64,000 nt of DNA, taken from positions 18,290,001-18,354,000 of the forward strand of contig OX597815.1 of assembly GCA_951406725.2 (NCBI GenBank), written 5' to 3'. Positions 12,968 to 27,605 of the stretch are shown here, one piece after another (within the stretch, counting starts at the first letter, position 1; the number at the start of each line of letters is the position of its first letter). Position numbers and translations under genes: made by a program. The notes under the pieces were generated by a model that saw only the letters and a program-made list of their open reading frames with translations, ran no database searches and had not been told where the DNA came from. Source of the DNA: Octopus vulgaris (lineage: Eukaryota).

Positions 12968-13633
12968 GGTGAAATGAATATAGCTATGGCATTTCGAAAC
13001 ACGTCATACCTCACCAGTTACACTGTAACTGTAATGTAGATCATACAGGCTTTGAGTTACAACACGAAGAAATCAAAGGAAAATAGAATGCCGTATACTG
13101 CTGCATCTTTCGTGAGATCGATCCTGGCAATAAATTTGTATTATTGATGCATAGCCCTAAATTAACTTTGAGAAAGTCTACCATTAAGGTTTTTCCAGCC
13201 GTGACTATCCCTTATTTTTCTATACTTAAAAATACAATGTTCAGTATGTTCTTTCTTAAACAGCAGATTTTGGTTTGTAGTCTACTTGGCTGCTATTTCC
13301 AGCAGGTTGACGAACCATAAATAAATTCAACTGTTATTAATGCCTGTTATATCGAAATGGATGGGTAGTTTGAGAAATTCGATGACGTCTTTGTCAATAA
13401 AATTTGAAACTATTCCACAGTTGTTTCGCTTTTTTATCCATTTATGCATTCTTGTCCCTCACAATATGTTGGTAAATGGTATTATGGGAAACATGTCGAA
13501 GCTAAGTAAAATTGTATTTAAATTTGGTTTGATATTCCATGGAATCTCTTGCTAGTTTCCATGCTTTAAAACTCAATCAATGCTAATACATACGATATCT
13601 TATTAAGTTAAAATTAAAACTGTAGGTGTACCT

Positions 13634-14027
13634 ATTTCTATACTACTCACAAGGGGCTAAACACAGAGAGGACAAACAAGGACAGACAAATGGATTAAGT
13701 CGCTTATATCGACCCCAGTGCGTAACTGGTACTTATTTAAGCGACCCCGAAAGGATGAAAGGCAAAGTTGACGTCGGAGGAATTTGAACTCAGAACGTAA
13801 CGGCAGACGAAATACCTATTTTTTAACTACCCACAAGGGGCTCAATACAGAGAGGACAAACAAGGACAGACAAACGGATTAAGTCGATTAAATCGATCAG
13901 TACGTAACTGGTACTTAATTTATCGACTCCGAAAGCATGAAAGGAATTTGAACTCAGAACGTAGCGGCAGACGAAATACCGCTAAACATTTCGCCCGGCG
14001 TGCTAACGTTTCTTCCAGCTCGCCGCC
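13634..14027 (-). mobile_element. SINE family A, dimeric
   Basis: One head plus two body units; 20 bp TSD TTAAAACTGTAGGTGTACCT at 13614 and 14028. Confidence 0.92.
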
Positions 14028-16879
14028 TTAAAACTGTAGGTGTACCTGTCTTGAATGTGTTGTCACTTGTGTATATCACGTTTCTTGCTATACGAATTGA
14101 TAGAAGTGCAGACACTTTTACTGCTCTCATATACTTCAATAAAATATCATCAATAGCTGAGAGATGAACTCTGTTATACTCCACCACTTGCGTTATACGT
14201 TATTTATCTGATGGTGAATACTATTAAGAATGTAGCACTAAAATAATGAAACGGCAGTTGCCAAATTGTCTGCTGATTTCTTCACTGCATTCTTTTCCTT
14301 TGTGAAAACACAATACATGGATACAGTTTTTGCTCGAATTATTTAAAAGGGATTTACTTTCGGTGATTGTAAGTTAAATCCCTTGTGTCGAGCGGTAGGA
14401 TGTCGAACATAGCAACTTATTCCGATGAGATATTAATTTCTAACTTAGACATCTGGTTTCAAAATTTTCAGGATGCGTTTAGCCAATTATACCTACACCA
14501 GGAAATGTTGAAAAACAAAGACGATGTTGAGCCAATTATTAACAAATTAAATGTGTAAGTCAAGTAAACAAGAACACATATAAAACAAAATTAAAGAACT
14601 AGAGATGAAATTCTCTAAATTGCATGGAGCACAACTGCATAATGGAAAGCTGCTCATTAAAGCACAGAGGTGTTAATTGCATTTTCCTTATCAAGACAGA
14701 CCGATATATAATCTATTGATTCATCTTTGTTGTGATCTCGGCTATTATTTTTATCCCAAAACTGGATCTGTGGTTTATATCAGAATCAAGTTTGTAAGAA
14801 AATGAAATTGATAAAGGGAAGATGTTAAAAAGCGCAGACATGGAAGCAAGCTTTAGCAGTGGTTATAAGGTTGGCGTATAAGAATAAACAGGAAGGCAGT
14901 ACTTGACATCATGTAAACGTCTTTATTACTTAGAATGAAGTAACTTGCATCATATAAGCTCTGCTTTGTCTTCAGAAGAAAAAGATGATGATGATGATGA
15001 TGATGTTTGGTGGGGAATACAGCTAATCTTTATAAGTTAGAGTGTAGGAAAATAAAATTTCTGGAACTAATACGTTAGAAAGACGAGCAGCGGGGTGAAA
15101 AGTCGCAGAAAAGAGAAATCTCTAATCGGATTTAATTTGGATTACTGTTGATCTTCTGAGAGATCTAGCTTATTTGATAACATTTTTGATCGACAACAAT
15201 TATTTCTTTACTTTTGTTTACCACACACCTACAAAGTTAAAATCATGTATAGAACATTTTTCTTGCTACACATAAATCATGTGCGTTTCCTTCCTCTTCT
15301 ATTGCCAGGCTCCTTTTGTTGAACATCAACCACTAATGTTTAAATGCAGTAATAGGTGAATTTAGTGCTAGATTTTGGTTACCTACTAAAACAGCGACTA
15401 TAAGGAATTATTTGAACCTTAAGAAGCGATTTAATATTCTGATGTAAAACATTGGAAGATATTTTTCTACACGCAGCAGTTTTGTAAATAGCCAAGATAT
15501 AGTGGCTCTTTAAATTACATTTCTTTAACTGTTGGCAACCAACTGCATATTTAACATTTGTAGTTTAATGAGACATTCGTTCTTCCAGAATTGTTTAATG
15601 GGTTAAATATTATGTTCAATGACGGAGCAGTGGAATCCAATTTGATGTAAATTTAACCCAATTTATATTCGGAAATATTCTTTTATTAAGATAACTTTAT
15701 ATGTGAAACCAGTTTTATTGATCAAGATGTACTGAATAAAGCTTGCTTTGCTAATGACAATGATATGCGTATCAATAAGGTTATATCTAGTTTTCAAAAA
15801 GCAACATATAAATAATTTCTCTTTACTTTATGACAGTTATACATTTGGTTTTGTCTGCATAACCTTTTCGTTAAATATGATATTTCCGGTTTATAAAAGT
15901 GAAACTAGAAACCACTGTAAAGTAACATAACTTCTTAGTGGTGATCCTATATCAATTTAAACGAGAAATGAAGATAAATTTAACAATGAGGTTAAACAAA
16001 ATGTGTACAGAAAAATTGTTGGCACTTTATACATAATTTCATTCTGAGTTTGGCATTTTTTCATTCATTGATTTCATTTGCTGAATGTATTTGCCGAATT
16101 TCCTGGGAAAAATCCAAGTATTTTATTGGAATCGGTTCATTTCTATATTTGTTATACTTGCAGTTGTTACAATAACTTTAACTCTTTGTGCAAGTTTTAA
16201 ATAATGCAAACGACCTGTAATTAAGATTAAAGGGCATTTTCTTAAAGAACAGTAAGTGCATACTTTGACGGCTGAGTGTTTGATATGAAAACAGTGGGTT
16301 AGTAACTTCATGTACTCTTTTGGGTAGCCACGTCAAGTAGAGAAAAGTTCTAGGGAAGCCGAGATTTCCCGGATGAGTATATTTTCAATTGAAGAAAATT
16401 CTACTCATACGCTTTTATCTCTCTTCATAAAACAATATAAAACAATCTCCAAATCAATGAGCTACAAATTTCGTAACTGCACTCGAAAAAATATTCTACA
16501 ATTTGCTAATTATGTTTAAAATAATTCATCTAACACAGGAAGCTAAAATATAATCCATAAGTTCGAATAGAAAAAAGCCTCTCAAACAGTGTGGTTCGAT
16601 TGCATTCCACATCATACTTTGTGCTAACCGCAGGCACAATCAATTAGGTAGATGTAGTAGCGAACATCCTTCTGTTATATCATACACATGATAGTCATCT
16701 CTGGAACTTGGACTGGGCAGAAATAACGTAAACTTGGCTGGCAGGCTATTTTACAAATTTTCAAGATTTAAAAGTAGTCTCTTAAGCAATATTAACAACA
16801 ATATTTGGCAGAGTTCTTGTTGAAAGGAAATGATTTGAAACAGAAAGAGAATAAGGATATTGATTGGTCAGTAGGAAAG

Positions 16880-17520
16880 GAAAGAGAAAAATGAAAGAAT
16901 AAAAAATTAAGGCAGCGAAAGATGCATGGATTAACGAGAGTTGTGAAGCAACGAGAAATCATGGGGTAAATAATTCAAGAAAAGCATTTCAAATGTTTAA
17001 AGATCTAACAAAATTAAGGGTACCTTAAATGAGAAGATAAATCAAGATAAATTTGGCAACATACTAACCGAACCAAATGGACTAATGGAGAGAAAACAGT
17101 GGGGAACATTATAAAAGTAGAGGTATATAGTAACGTGCTTAAGCAATTACATCAATTTATTCTCTTTAATATAGAGCAAGTGCCAGAAATTAATTCAGAA
17201 GGAGTTACACCAGAAATTCGGAAACTAAATTGTAATCAAGAGAAGGATAGCATAAATGTAGAACTGTTAAATCATGGATATGAATATCGTGCAGAGATTC
17301 TTTAGACGTTTGTAATAATGTTTTACGTAAGGAGAATGAACAGAGTTATTTTAAATATCCCTAGCATAGAAAGGAAACAGAACAGAGGACCTAAAACAAC
17401 TATGTAATTAATCTAATTAGCCAGTCAAGCAAGGTTTGCCATTGAAAAATGAAACAGCAATAAAAATGGTACTTAGGAAAATACAAATGCTTTCCATGAA
17501 GGAAGAAACATTTGCGAGCA
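16880..17520 (+). pseudogene. highly decayed RTE-like LINE ORF remnant
   Basis: KIKAAKDAWINESCE..NNSRKAFQMFKDLT..QDKFGNILTE resembles the region preceding the RTE RT domain; may continue past the Helitron to about 18650. Confidence 0.5.
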
Positions 17521-17541
17521 GAGTGTAATGTTTATAGTCTA

Positions 17542-17937
17542 CTAGCAGTATCGCCCGGCGTTGCTCGGGTTTGTAAGGGAAATAACTATATAAGCATTTT
17601 AAGAGATGTAAAGTATAATAGCCATCTCAATATGGCTAACCACAAAGGGGGGGTGTTACTGTAGCTTTTTACGTTCTGAGATTTAATAATAAATTTTTAG
17701 ATAGTTACTTCCCTTATATATGCCAAAAATGCATTAAAAATGGGAAAAATTAATGGTAATTTTTTTTTTAAATCGTAGGCTCATCGTAGACGCGCGCTAA
17801 TACCCAGAAGGGCTCGATATGAATCACGACTATAAGATACCCGGCTTTGGTTAAACTGCACCGCAAAATGTCGGAGTAGTTAGGAATCTAAATCGTAGGA
17901 GACAGACAGCACACAACCTCACTTTTATATATAAAGA
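17542..17937 (-). mobile_element. non-autonomous Helitron, complete
   Basis: Minus strand A|TCTTTATATATAAAAG ... CCCGAGCAACGCCGGG..CTAG|T; no TSD; homologous to 21347-21744. Confidence 0.9.
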
Positions 17938-18829
17938 TTAGGAAAAACAACTTACAACACCATTCAATGCTTTATTAAAACGTCGCTATGTATGAAAATG
18001 CTTCTGATAATGGTATTGCATAGAGAACATCTTATTATGAGGGGATAAATCCTGTTTTGAAAGTGAAAAATATGGCAATAAGAAAACCAAATTCTTAAAA
18101 ACGTGTAATAGTAATCTCAACAAAACTTTCCGTTTGTGAATAATGGCAGTTAGATGCTAAAAATGAGAAAAACGCCATAGCGTTTGAAATGAAACGCAAT
18201 TGAAAGACACTTCATTTGTCATATGGATAGAACTAACATGGCATTTGGAGGGAAGTTTAGAAAAAAGATTTTTATCCACAAAACTCTTCTGCAATTTGTG
18301 AAAAAGGTGCAAAATGGAATATATTGATCATAATTACCTGCCAGTTACAAACAAGATCGAGGCATTGACGAATAATTCGTAAAATAGATTTAGGAAGAAC
18401 ATCAAGCAATGGCTAAAACTAAACAGGAAACTGAAATTATAGTTCATCTTACTGAAGAGATGGCAAGAGAGATAGTGGAAAACATGAAGTTGGTAAAATA
18501 CAAACAATGAAAATATAAGGAGGCTGTGATGTATGATATCGTGAATCGACGCCTCCCACTCAAAGCTATGGATTTTGATAGCCTGATGAAATGAAATGAT
18601 TTTAAGCACGTTTAACATTGTTTATAGTGTGAATCACAAAGGTTGATTGAACTATGTAAGGAAAATATATGCCTTATGTCGTGTATATAACTAAATTTAT
18701 GTTTTTTTTTGTGTGTATCAGAAGACATTTTTAAATGTTATATGTATACAAATTTGCATGCAATCATGCATATATTTATACATATATATATATATATAAT
18801 ATAATATAAATAATATATAAATATATGCA

Positions 18830-19200
18830 TATATGGGTACATGACATAAAAAAAAACGCCGAACACAACGAGAAACGAAAATATAAAAACAAAAATATAG
18901 AAAACGAACTTTCTTTCGAACAACGAGAAAAAACAGAGAAACGAGACATGCAACATGAAGAATATTTACCTTAATCACTTGTACCTGTTTCATCTACTCC
19001 GCATTTCGAAGGTAAGGACAATACGATACTTCATTGAAACAGTCCTTCCCGCAAAGCAAGTTAAATAAAATTTGGGACTTTTTGCGGAGGGTGAAAGTGG
19101 TAACAAAAACAGGACAGTGAGAACAAAACAGTAAAAACAAACGGTGAGGGCTGTTGAGTCAAGACGATAGGAAAAATATTATGAACACTAGGAGGACGAT
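18830..19200. mobile_element. unclassified interspersed repeat (family E)
   Basis: Clearly homologous to 43665-44055; both sit between microsatellites. Confidence 0.75.
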
Positions 19201-19700
19201 CTTATGAGAGGAGACAAGTATATATATCTACAGGAATGCACACACTAACACACAAACACATACACACATTCACACACACACACATACACACACACTCACA
19301 CAAACACACAAGCACATGGATATGCAGAATACAAGCATACAAACATGCGCACATGCATACATATTGATATGCATAAACACACACACATACATGCATATTT
19401 ACACATACATGCACACACATACATGCATATATACATACACACATACATACATATGTTTATACGCACGCACACTGACGCACACGCATGCGCACTAAAAAAC
19501 AAACAAAAAATAAAAAGGACAATGACTATTGAAAAGGTTGCAAGTCTCAACGAAAATTCTAGTCAAAATAAATGAGTGGAAATCGGACCGGTGAGTGTGT
19601 TAATTTAATAAGACATTAAAGGAGAATGATTCTCACACACACTATTATATATACTTCAACACACGAATTCATATAAAGAATTTTGCCAACCAAATACAAA

Positions 19701-19705
<5 letters not shown>

Positions 19706-19764
<59 letters not shown>

Positions 19765-20060
19765 GTATGTATGCCGCACTAAGAACTGAACCTTGTGGTG
19801 GATACATAAATACATACATACATGCATATATACATACATACATACATACATGCATGTATGTATATATATATATATGTGTGTGTGTGTGTATATATATATT
19901 TAAGTATGTATGTATACATCCACTACAAGGTTCAGTTCTTAGTGCGGCATGACAGCTTGTATACCTCAATGATCCTAAATATATACATACATATAATCAT
20001 ATATACATATATACATACATACATACATAATACATACATACATGCATACATATACGTATG

Positions 20061-20105
<45 letters not shown>

Positions 20106-20183
20106 GTATATATAGTAATATATATATATATATATATATAAGTAGGTATGTATGTATGTATGTATGTATGTATGTATGTATGT
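19706..20183. repeat. compound TA/CATA/TATG microsatellite containing short fragments of the downstream element
   Basis: Direct reading. Confidence 0.9.
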
Positions 20184-20490
20184 ATCCACCATAAGTTTCA
20201 GTTCTTGGTGCTGCATGTCAGCTTGTACGCGTCAGTGATCCCGAAAACTATGCTAGCGGACCACAAACATCAGGTAGGATCTCCCTTGCTGGATAGGTTA
20301 AAGATGAGAGATCACGCTAATAGGCATTATTTCTTCTAAGGACCAGCTCCTCTACCTAGAAACATCGATAACAATTTAAAACCATCAACACCTGACAGAT
20401 GAAAGCCTTCCTCCAGGAAAACATCAATTTGCATTACACGTTAAGCACTGACCTGGATCGCACCTATATTATTGTCGCAAAACGCCTTAA
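20184..20490 (+). mobile_element. RTE-like LINE 5' leader remnant
   Basis: GCTTGTACGCGTCAGTGATCCCGAAAACTATGCTAGCGG..CAGGTAGGATCTCCCTTGCTGGATAGGT aligns by eye with 46820-46920. Confidence 0.5.
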
Positions 20491-20491
20491 G

Positions 20492-20545
<54 letters not shown>

Positions 20546-21346
20546 ATGTATGTATGTATATGTATGTATGTATGTATATATGTATGTATAAACATGTGTG
20601 TGTGTGTGCACGTGTTTGTGTGTATGTGAGTATACGTGCGTGTGCGTGTATTTGTCTGTGACTGTGTGTCTGTGCCTCTATGCGTGTGCAGCTATCAATT
20701 ATACAATGAATGTGTCGTTTGGGGCATTTTTATACGCACAAAACTGTAATGTTGATTTTTATCTCCTTATTTCTTAATGTTCCTTGTCAACAATGAAGTA
20801 TACGAAAATCCTGCCGCTTATTTGTGACCCTATGATTAACACGACTCAACTGAGTCTCTAAGTTATAAAAATATATGGTTAGGTTTTGGGATTATAGATG
20901 TATTAGTTTGAAGTATTACCCGAGCTAATAATTTTAGCGAAGTTATGGATTGATGGAGTTAACACACTTGAGTTAAAACCAAATTCTTTGTACATTTAAC
21001 GAAACTAGTGAAAATAGAACCTCGATTCAAGACATCATAAGTTAGTGTTTACTGATAGTAAGGAAAATATACGTGAAACTAAAATGGTAGTTCACCTTAC
21101 TGAATAATCGACATAATTCATATAATTCATTAAAATATCTTTATAAATCGACAGATTGAGAGTGTATAAACAGCCGATTGACTGGTGACTTGCATTAGTT
21201 TCAGGAAAGGAAAACTATGTTGATACCCACTCGACGTGGATTAGGAGATTATGCAAGAGATGCGAAGCCAGGGCTGAAATCTTGTTTCATTGGGGAGTTG
21301 CTGTCGTAGCTTTGGTGATGGCAGCATAAATGCAAAATCAAGGAAA

Positions 21347-21744
21347 TCTTTATATATAAAAGTCAAGTTGTGTGTCTGTCTCCTACGATTTAGATTCCTA
21401 ACTACTCCCACATTTTGCTGTGCAGTTTAACAAAAAGCGGGTATCTTATAGTCGTGATTCATATCGAGCCCTTCTGGGTATTAGCGCGCGTCTACGATGA
21501 GTCTACGATTTAAAAGAAAATTTACCATAAATTTTTTTCCATTTTAATGCATTTTTTCGCTATTATATAAGGGAAGTAACTCTCTAAAAATGTCTACGAT
21601 GAGTCAACGATTTAAAAAAAATTACCATCATTTTTTCCCCATTTTTAATGCATTTTTTTGCTATTTTTTGGCTATAACTCTCTAAAAATGCTTATATAGT
21701 TATTTCCCTTACAAAACCCGAGCAATGCCGGGCGATACTGCTAG
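21347..21744 (+). mobile_element. non-autonomous Helitron, complete
   Basis: A|TCTTTATATATAAAAG start, CCCGAGCAATGCCGGG hairpin, CTAG|T end; internal ~100 bp tandem duplication (TCTACGATGAGTC.. twice). Confidence 0.9.
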
Positions 21745-22549
21745 TTTATTATAATAAACTTTGTTCCTTTGTTGTTGTGGCTTCTTCGTTCTAATAAAGT
21801 ATAATTCGGTGCGTGATTTGTATTTGACTATTAGAAAGCATCTTGGACATTGCACGATTTCTCTGGCGTAGTTTAAACAATCAGTGTGACATTGATGTGC
21901 AGGTTGTGATTTCATGGAATTGATATGTTCGACGTACATATATTAATCAGGAATTTATTTTCCCGCATATGACAAATGGAACTTTCAATCTTCTTTGGGA
22001 AAAATATTTTATAAATACAAAAATGCAAAAAAACCCCAAAATACGTCAAAGTTGAAAGAAAATACAATTTCGTTCAATATTTTATGCTAATTTTATTTAT
22101 TTTTAACGCTATATTAAAAAAATATCCTCCGCAAATGTCCATTTTATTTTATGAGATACTATTAAAAAATTAGTTTTCCAAATGAATTATATTGTATGAA
22201 TAAATACATATATTCATAATTGTGTTTCAGCGCGTATATAAATGTGTACGTGTGTAACTGTATGTACAGATGTATAAAAACGTATGAAATATGTTTAACT
22301 AGATTCCACTTTTCTTATCTGCTGGCTTATATTTTAAACAAAAGTTGCTATCAGAATATTTTGGCAGCGACCAAACAAGAAGAAACTTCTAGTGTTATCT
22401 CTTCACAACAACAGGGAATAATACTCGAAGGCATGTCTAATATTATCTTTTCGCTCTAAAATGAAATTAGATTATCGCATCTGAACCTCCATAGGTTCTT
22501 CAACTATATATGTATATACACGCACGCACACTAACACATCTCTGTCTCT

Positions 22550-22624
22550 AGCTATATATCCATACACAGACACATATACATACATATATACATATACATA
22601 CATGTGTATATGTGCGTATTATAT

Positions 22625-22668
<44 letters not shown>

Positions 22669-22732
22669 GTATACACATACACACGCACGCACACACATGT
22701 ATAAATGTAAATATAAATATATATATATATAC

Positions 22733-22793
<61 letters not shown>

Positions 22794-22812
22794 AATAGGT
22801 ATGGATGTATAC

Positions 22813-22864
<52 letters not shown>

Positions 22865-22880
22865 ATATGTATGGATGTAT
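22550..22880. repeat. compound (TA)n/(CA)n microsatellite
   Basis: Direct reading. Confidence 0.95.
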
Positions 22881-23248
22881 ACATTTTCCAGGTCATCGTA
22901 TTACACGTTAATGTTTAACAGGCGTTTAGATTCACAACACTATTTCTAAACGAATAAATATATATTAAAAAGCTTATTTTCCAGAATTTGTCTGTATATA
23001 AATCATTTGTTGTCATATGAACAATCATCAGCTTCTGTCAATTTTCAAATAATATAATATAATATATGTAATTTATTCTATTCTTATCTTATATTTCATT
23101 AATCTCAATCAAGCATATTGGTACACCCATTTCATGGTTAGCGCATATGCTTTACAAAATACAAATATTTTGATGACGCTGATGCAAATATTTTCCTTGG
23201 ATTCTCTGATCTTATTTGAGATGCTTTTGTCATTATTAATAATATGAT

Positions 23249-23458
23249 CCTTTCTACTATGGGCACAAGGCCTGAGATTCTGGGGGAAGGTGACTAGTTG
23301 ATTATATCGACCCCAGTGTTTCACTGGCACTTAATTTATCGATCCTGAAAGGATGAAAGGCAAAGTCGACTTCGACGGAATTTGAACTCAATACAGTGAC
23401 AGGCGAAATACCGTTAAGCATTTTGTCCAGCGCGCTAACGATTCTACCAGCTTGCCGC
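23249..23458 (-). mobile_element. SINE family A, variant tail, diverged
   Basis: Family A head and body with a different 3' end (GGCACAAGGCCTGAGATTCTGGGG on +). Confidence 0.8.
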
Positions 23459-23881
23459 TTTATCATAAATATAATGCCACTAAGGAGAAACTGTTTTAGA
23501 GCTGGGTTTTGATATATGTACATATATACATACACACGCGCGCGCGCACATGCACACACAGACATATATACAGTAATATCAGTGCTAAGCAATGATGAAG
23601 AACAAACGATATTTGGGTTAGTAAAAATATTTTTCTGGCACATTTAAATTTCTAAAGCCAATTCACCATAGGGAGAATATTCTCGCTTATGGTTAAAAGT
23701 GTATATATATATATATATATTTAGTGTCTCCCGCCTAGCGGACTCGACTGTTCTCAGATAAAGTTACAGCTTTAAAATCTAGCCAAGGTTGTCTTCCTTC
23801 GGTATCTCCTACTGAGGGAGGCTAAGAAACTAGAAACTGGCTAACCTAAAGTTCATACACACACACACACACATTATATAT

Positions 23882-24097
23882 ATTTCTTTACTACCTACAA
23901 GGGGACAAAGAAGGTCAGTGAAAGGGATTAAGTCGATTACATCGACCCCAGTGCGAAGCTGGTACTTTATCTATCGACCCCGAAAGGATGAAAGGCAAAG
24001 TCGACCTGGGCGGAATTTGGACCCAGAATGTAGCGGCAGACGAAATACGGCTACGCATTTCGCCTGGCGTGCTAACGTTTCTGCTAGCTCGCCGCCC
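23882..24097 (-). mobile_element. SINE family A monomer
   Basis: Homology to other copies. Confidence 0.88.
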
Positions 24098-24109
24098 TCT
24101 ACAAATACA

Positions 24110-24181
<72 letters not shown>

Positions 24182-24762
24182 TGTTTGTATACTAGCGGAC
24201 CCGTTGAGAATCTATGGAAAGAAGGAAATTAAGAGGACCTATTTAAGAAAGAAAAAGGAGGATTTTCATTTCCATTGCATATAAATCAGATTGTTGCCTG
24301 TGCAATAAATGATAGAAAAGTATCCAATAACATTACAATACAATAATTAATACACATATGATTCGTTAGTATTTAATTTTATTGACACTGGAAGATCAAT
24401 ATATTATTTTGTCATAATTACATTAATATACAATTAATGTACACAAGATAAAATAGAAAATATACAGGTTTTTTTTCTTTTTGTAACTTAAAAATAAAAT
24501 AACATGGACGGCTATTTTGCTAAGTTATTTCACTTCCGGTCACAATAATATATTATATGATATTAAAAATTTCTTTCTGCTAAACACACACACACTCTTT
24601 ATTTTTTTTACTCTGCCTCTCCAACAAACTTTCTAACCATGTAGTTTCCCTCATCACGTCGTTAACACTTCTCTCTATCAGTTTCTCTCGTCTCACACTT
24701 CAACTAACCACGTAGCAGGGTGGTTAGTGGAAGTGGTTATCTGCTATCTCACTCACTCCTTA

Positions 24763-24991
24763 GGCGGCGAGCTGGCAGAATCGTTAGCACGCCGGGCGAA
24801 AAGCGTAGCCGTATTTCGTCTGCCGTTACGAACTGAGTTCGAATTCCGCCGAGGTCGACTTTACCTTTCATCCTTTCGGAGTCGATAAATTAAGTACCAC
24901 TTAAACACTGGGGTCGATATAATCGACTTAATCCGTTTGTCTGTCCTTGTTTGTCCTCTCTGTGTTTAGCCCCTTGTGGGTAGTAAAGAAA
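24763..24991 (+). mobile_element. SINE family A monomer
   Basis: Full head to GTAGTAAAGAAA end; imperfect TSD TATCTCAC. Confidence 0.9.
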
Positions 24992-25409
24992 CATATCTCA
25001 CACATACCTCCTCCCTCTCTCTCACACTCCCTCCTCCTCTCTGTCCATCTCCCTCCATCTCTGTTACCTTCACTCTCCTCCTACTTTCACGAACAAACTA
25101 AAGCGTAACGTGTAAACTCACGAACAAGTAGGATTATAACATAGATATGTATACATGTATGTTTATGTATGCGAGTGTGAACGTATGTGTGTGAAGAAGG
25201 CTTTGACTGTTATAGAGATACTTGAACAATGTGATTATGTTGCGTAATGGCATCAAACTCAGTGTCATACGGTTGCATTGTAAGCTGTTTAATCTGACGG
25301 CCATTATCTTGCAAATCATTAACCCATTTAAAGATTGCAGGAACATCTTCCATACGCAGCGTTTCTTCAGGAACATTTCTCTTGATATAAGAAGGGCTTA
25401 TTGTATTTA

Positions 25410-25990
25410 ATTCTTGATTGCCCGCAAGGGGCTAAACATAGAAGGTACAAGCAAGGACAAACAAGGGGACTAAGTCGATTACGTCGACCCCAGTGCTTAA
25501 CTGGTACTTATTTAATCGACCACGAAAGGATGAAAGGCAAAGTCGACCTCGGCGGAATTTGAACTCAGAACGTAGCGACAGACGAAATACCTATTTCTTT
25601 ACTACCCGCAAGGGGCTAAACACAGGGGACAAACAAGGACAGACGAACGGATTAAGTCGATTACATTGACTACAGTGTGTAACTGGTATTTATTTAATCG
25701 ACCCCGAAAGGATGAAAGGCAAAGTGGACCTCGGTGGAATTTGAACTCAGAATGTAACGGCAGACGAAATACCTATTTTTTTACTACCCACAAGGGGCTA
25801 AACACAGAGAAGTCAAGCAAGGAATAAGTCGATTATATCGACTCCGGTGCGTACCTCGTACTTATTTAATCGACTCCGAAAGGATGAAAGGCAAAGTCGA
25901 TCTCGGCGGAATTTGAACTCAGAACGTAGCGGCAGACGAAATATCGCTAAGCATTTCGCCTGGCGTGCTAACGATTCTACCAGCTGGCCG
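25410..25990 (-). mobile_element. SINE family A, trimeric
   Basis: One head plus three ~180 bp body units joined at GACGAAATACCTATTT. Confidence 0.92.
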
Positions 25991-27605
25991 TCTTCACAAC
26001 AAAAATAATAATGACTGAACGAATGAGACTCTCTACCCACTTGACCTACGACAAATGGTCAGTCTCTTGAATTCCTTCAAATATCAAACTCCTCTCAAAC
26101 CACACCCAACCATCTTAATTAAAGATAGGACACTTAATGTGGCCTTAAATGAATTGTGTCTGAAAAAATACAAAAGACAGGATGGTAACATGTTGAAAAT
26201 CTTGGATTATAGATCTGTTGAAAGTGCTTAAATTAGGATAAACAACAACAAAAGCAGTAACAATAAAAAACAAACTACACTGGAACAACAACCACAACAG
26301 TTTATAATAACATTTTTATATAGAGCAAGCTTAGATTTAAAGACATTCTTTCCGTGCCTGTCTCTAATACAAAGTGGTATTGTGAAAGAATAGCGATGAC
26401 GTAACATGCTATATAATGTGTATTTAAACAACATTAACAGTGTATTGAGTAAACTGTGTGTAGTTTGTTTTAAACAAGGAACTGATATAAGTGGTTACCT
26501 TTTGTTCTTTGAAAAGGAAAATAGGAATGAATAGAGGAATTGTCACACACAACCATGTTTATATATACTTGTTTCTTTGCTTGTGTGTGTGTGTGTGTGT
26601 GTGTGTCTGGTATGCAAGGAGCAGCATATACATATGTGAAAAAATGTACTCAAATGCATATAGAATTTATTTATTCATTATCTTTGCGTATATCTGGACA
26701 CACACACACAAGCGAGTGAACGAGTGTGTACAAGAATGTTTATAGGCGTTGTGCGTGCGCAGGTGTGTGTGTGTGCGAGTGTATGTGTGTGCGAGTGTGT
26801 GTGTGTGTATATATATATGCGCATGAGTGTGTGTATGTGTATATATATGTGTGTGTGTGTGTGTGTGTTCTGGAAAAATAGATAAAGTCTGATACAATGC
26901 TGACGTAATAGAGATCCCGTTTTGAGCAATGAGGAAATACTAGTAGCTATAGACTAGATACTTCACTTTAAAACTTTTTATGGGCTGAAATAGTACTTAG
27001 CTTTATTATTTAGAAGAATGTAAACGCTGCTTTATCTTTAGCAACATATAACTTTGCTATCTATATATTTACAAAATATAATGAAATGGAAGCTGGTTTT
27101 TTGGTAGAATTTGGTGGTGAATGTTATACCTTGTGATAATGTCGGCAGTTTCCTAAGAATATTTGTTTAAATCTTACTGCAGTCAAATTTAACTTTCATC
27201 TTTTACAGGGTCGAGTAAATAAAGTACCAGTTGTGAAATACACATAATCGAATCAGTTGTTCCAAATACATTGGTTGTGGCGTGCTTGTTTTTTGTCTAT
27301 AATTTCTGATTAGCTTGGCGAAGATTTCTTGATACCAAATAGGGCAAAAACAAGCCCGTAAAACTAGACAAAGTAACCCTGTATACTTATCAACGGTTAT
27401 ATAAAACTAGTTCACGAGGCCACGTAAATAATCAAGATGGTGAACAAGTGCACCATGAGACCGCAGGGACTAACGGGTAGACTTATGCTCTGTATTCGTG
27501 ATGGCGGCAACTTCTCTTGGAGAGGGTCGTCTTTAGTTTGTAACTATCTGTAGTGCTTAACCATCATAGTAATTTGCGTTTTCGTTCGTAATTTTAACGC
27601 ATGGT

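Noticed and set aside
14200-16800. Unique-looking AT-rich stretch as candidate exons
   Set aside because: No sustained ORF or recognisable protein motif; small exons cannot be excluded without RNA data
24191-24205. ACTAGCGGACCCG as a Helitron 3' end
   Set aside because: No hairpin partner or body found
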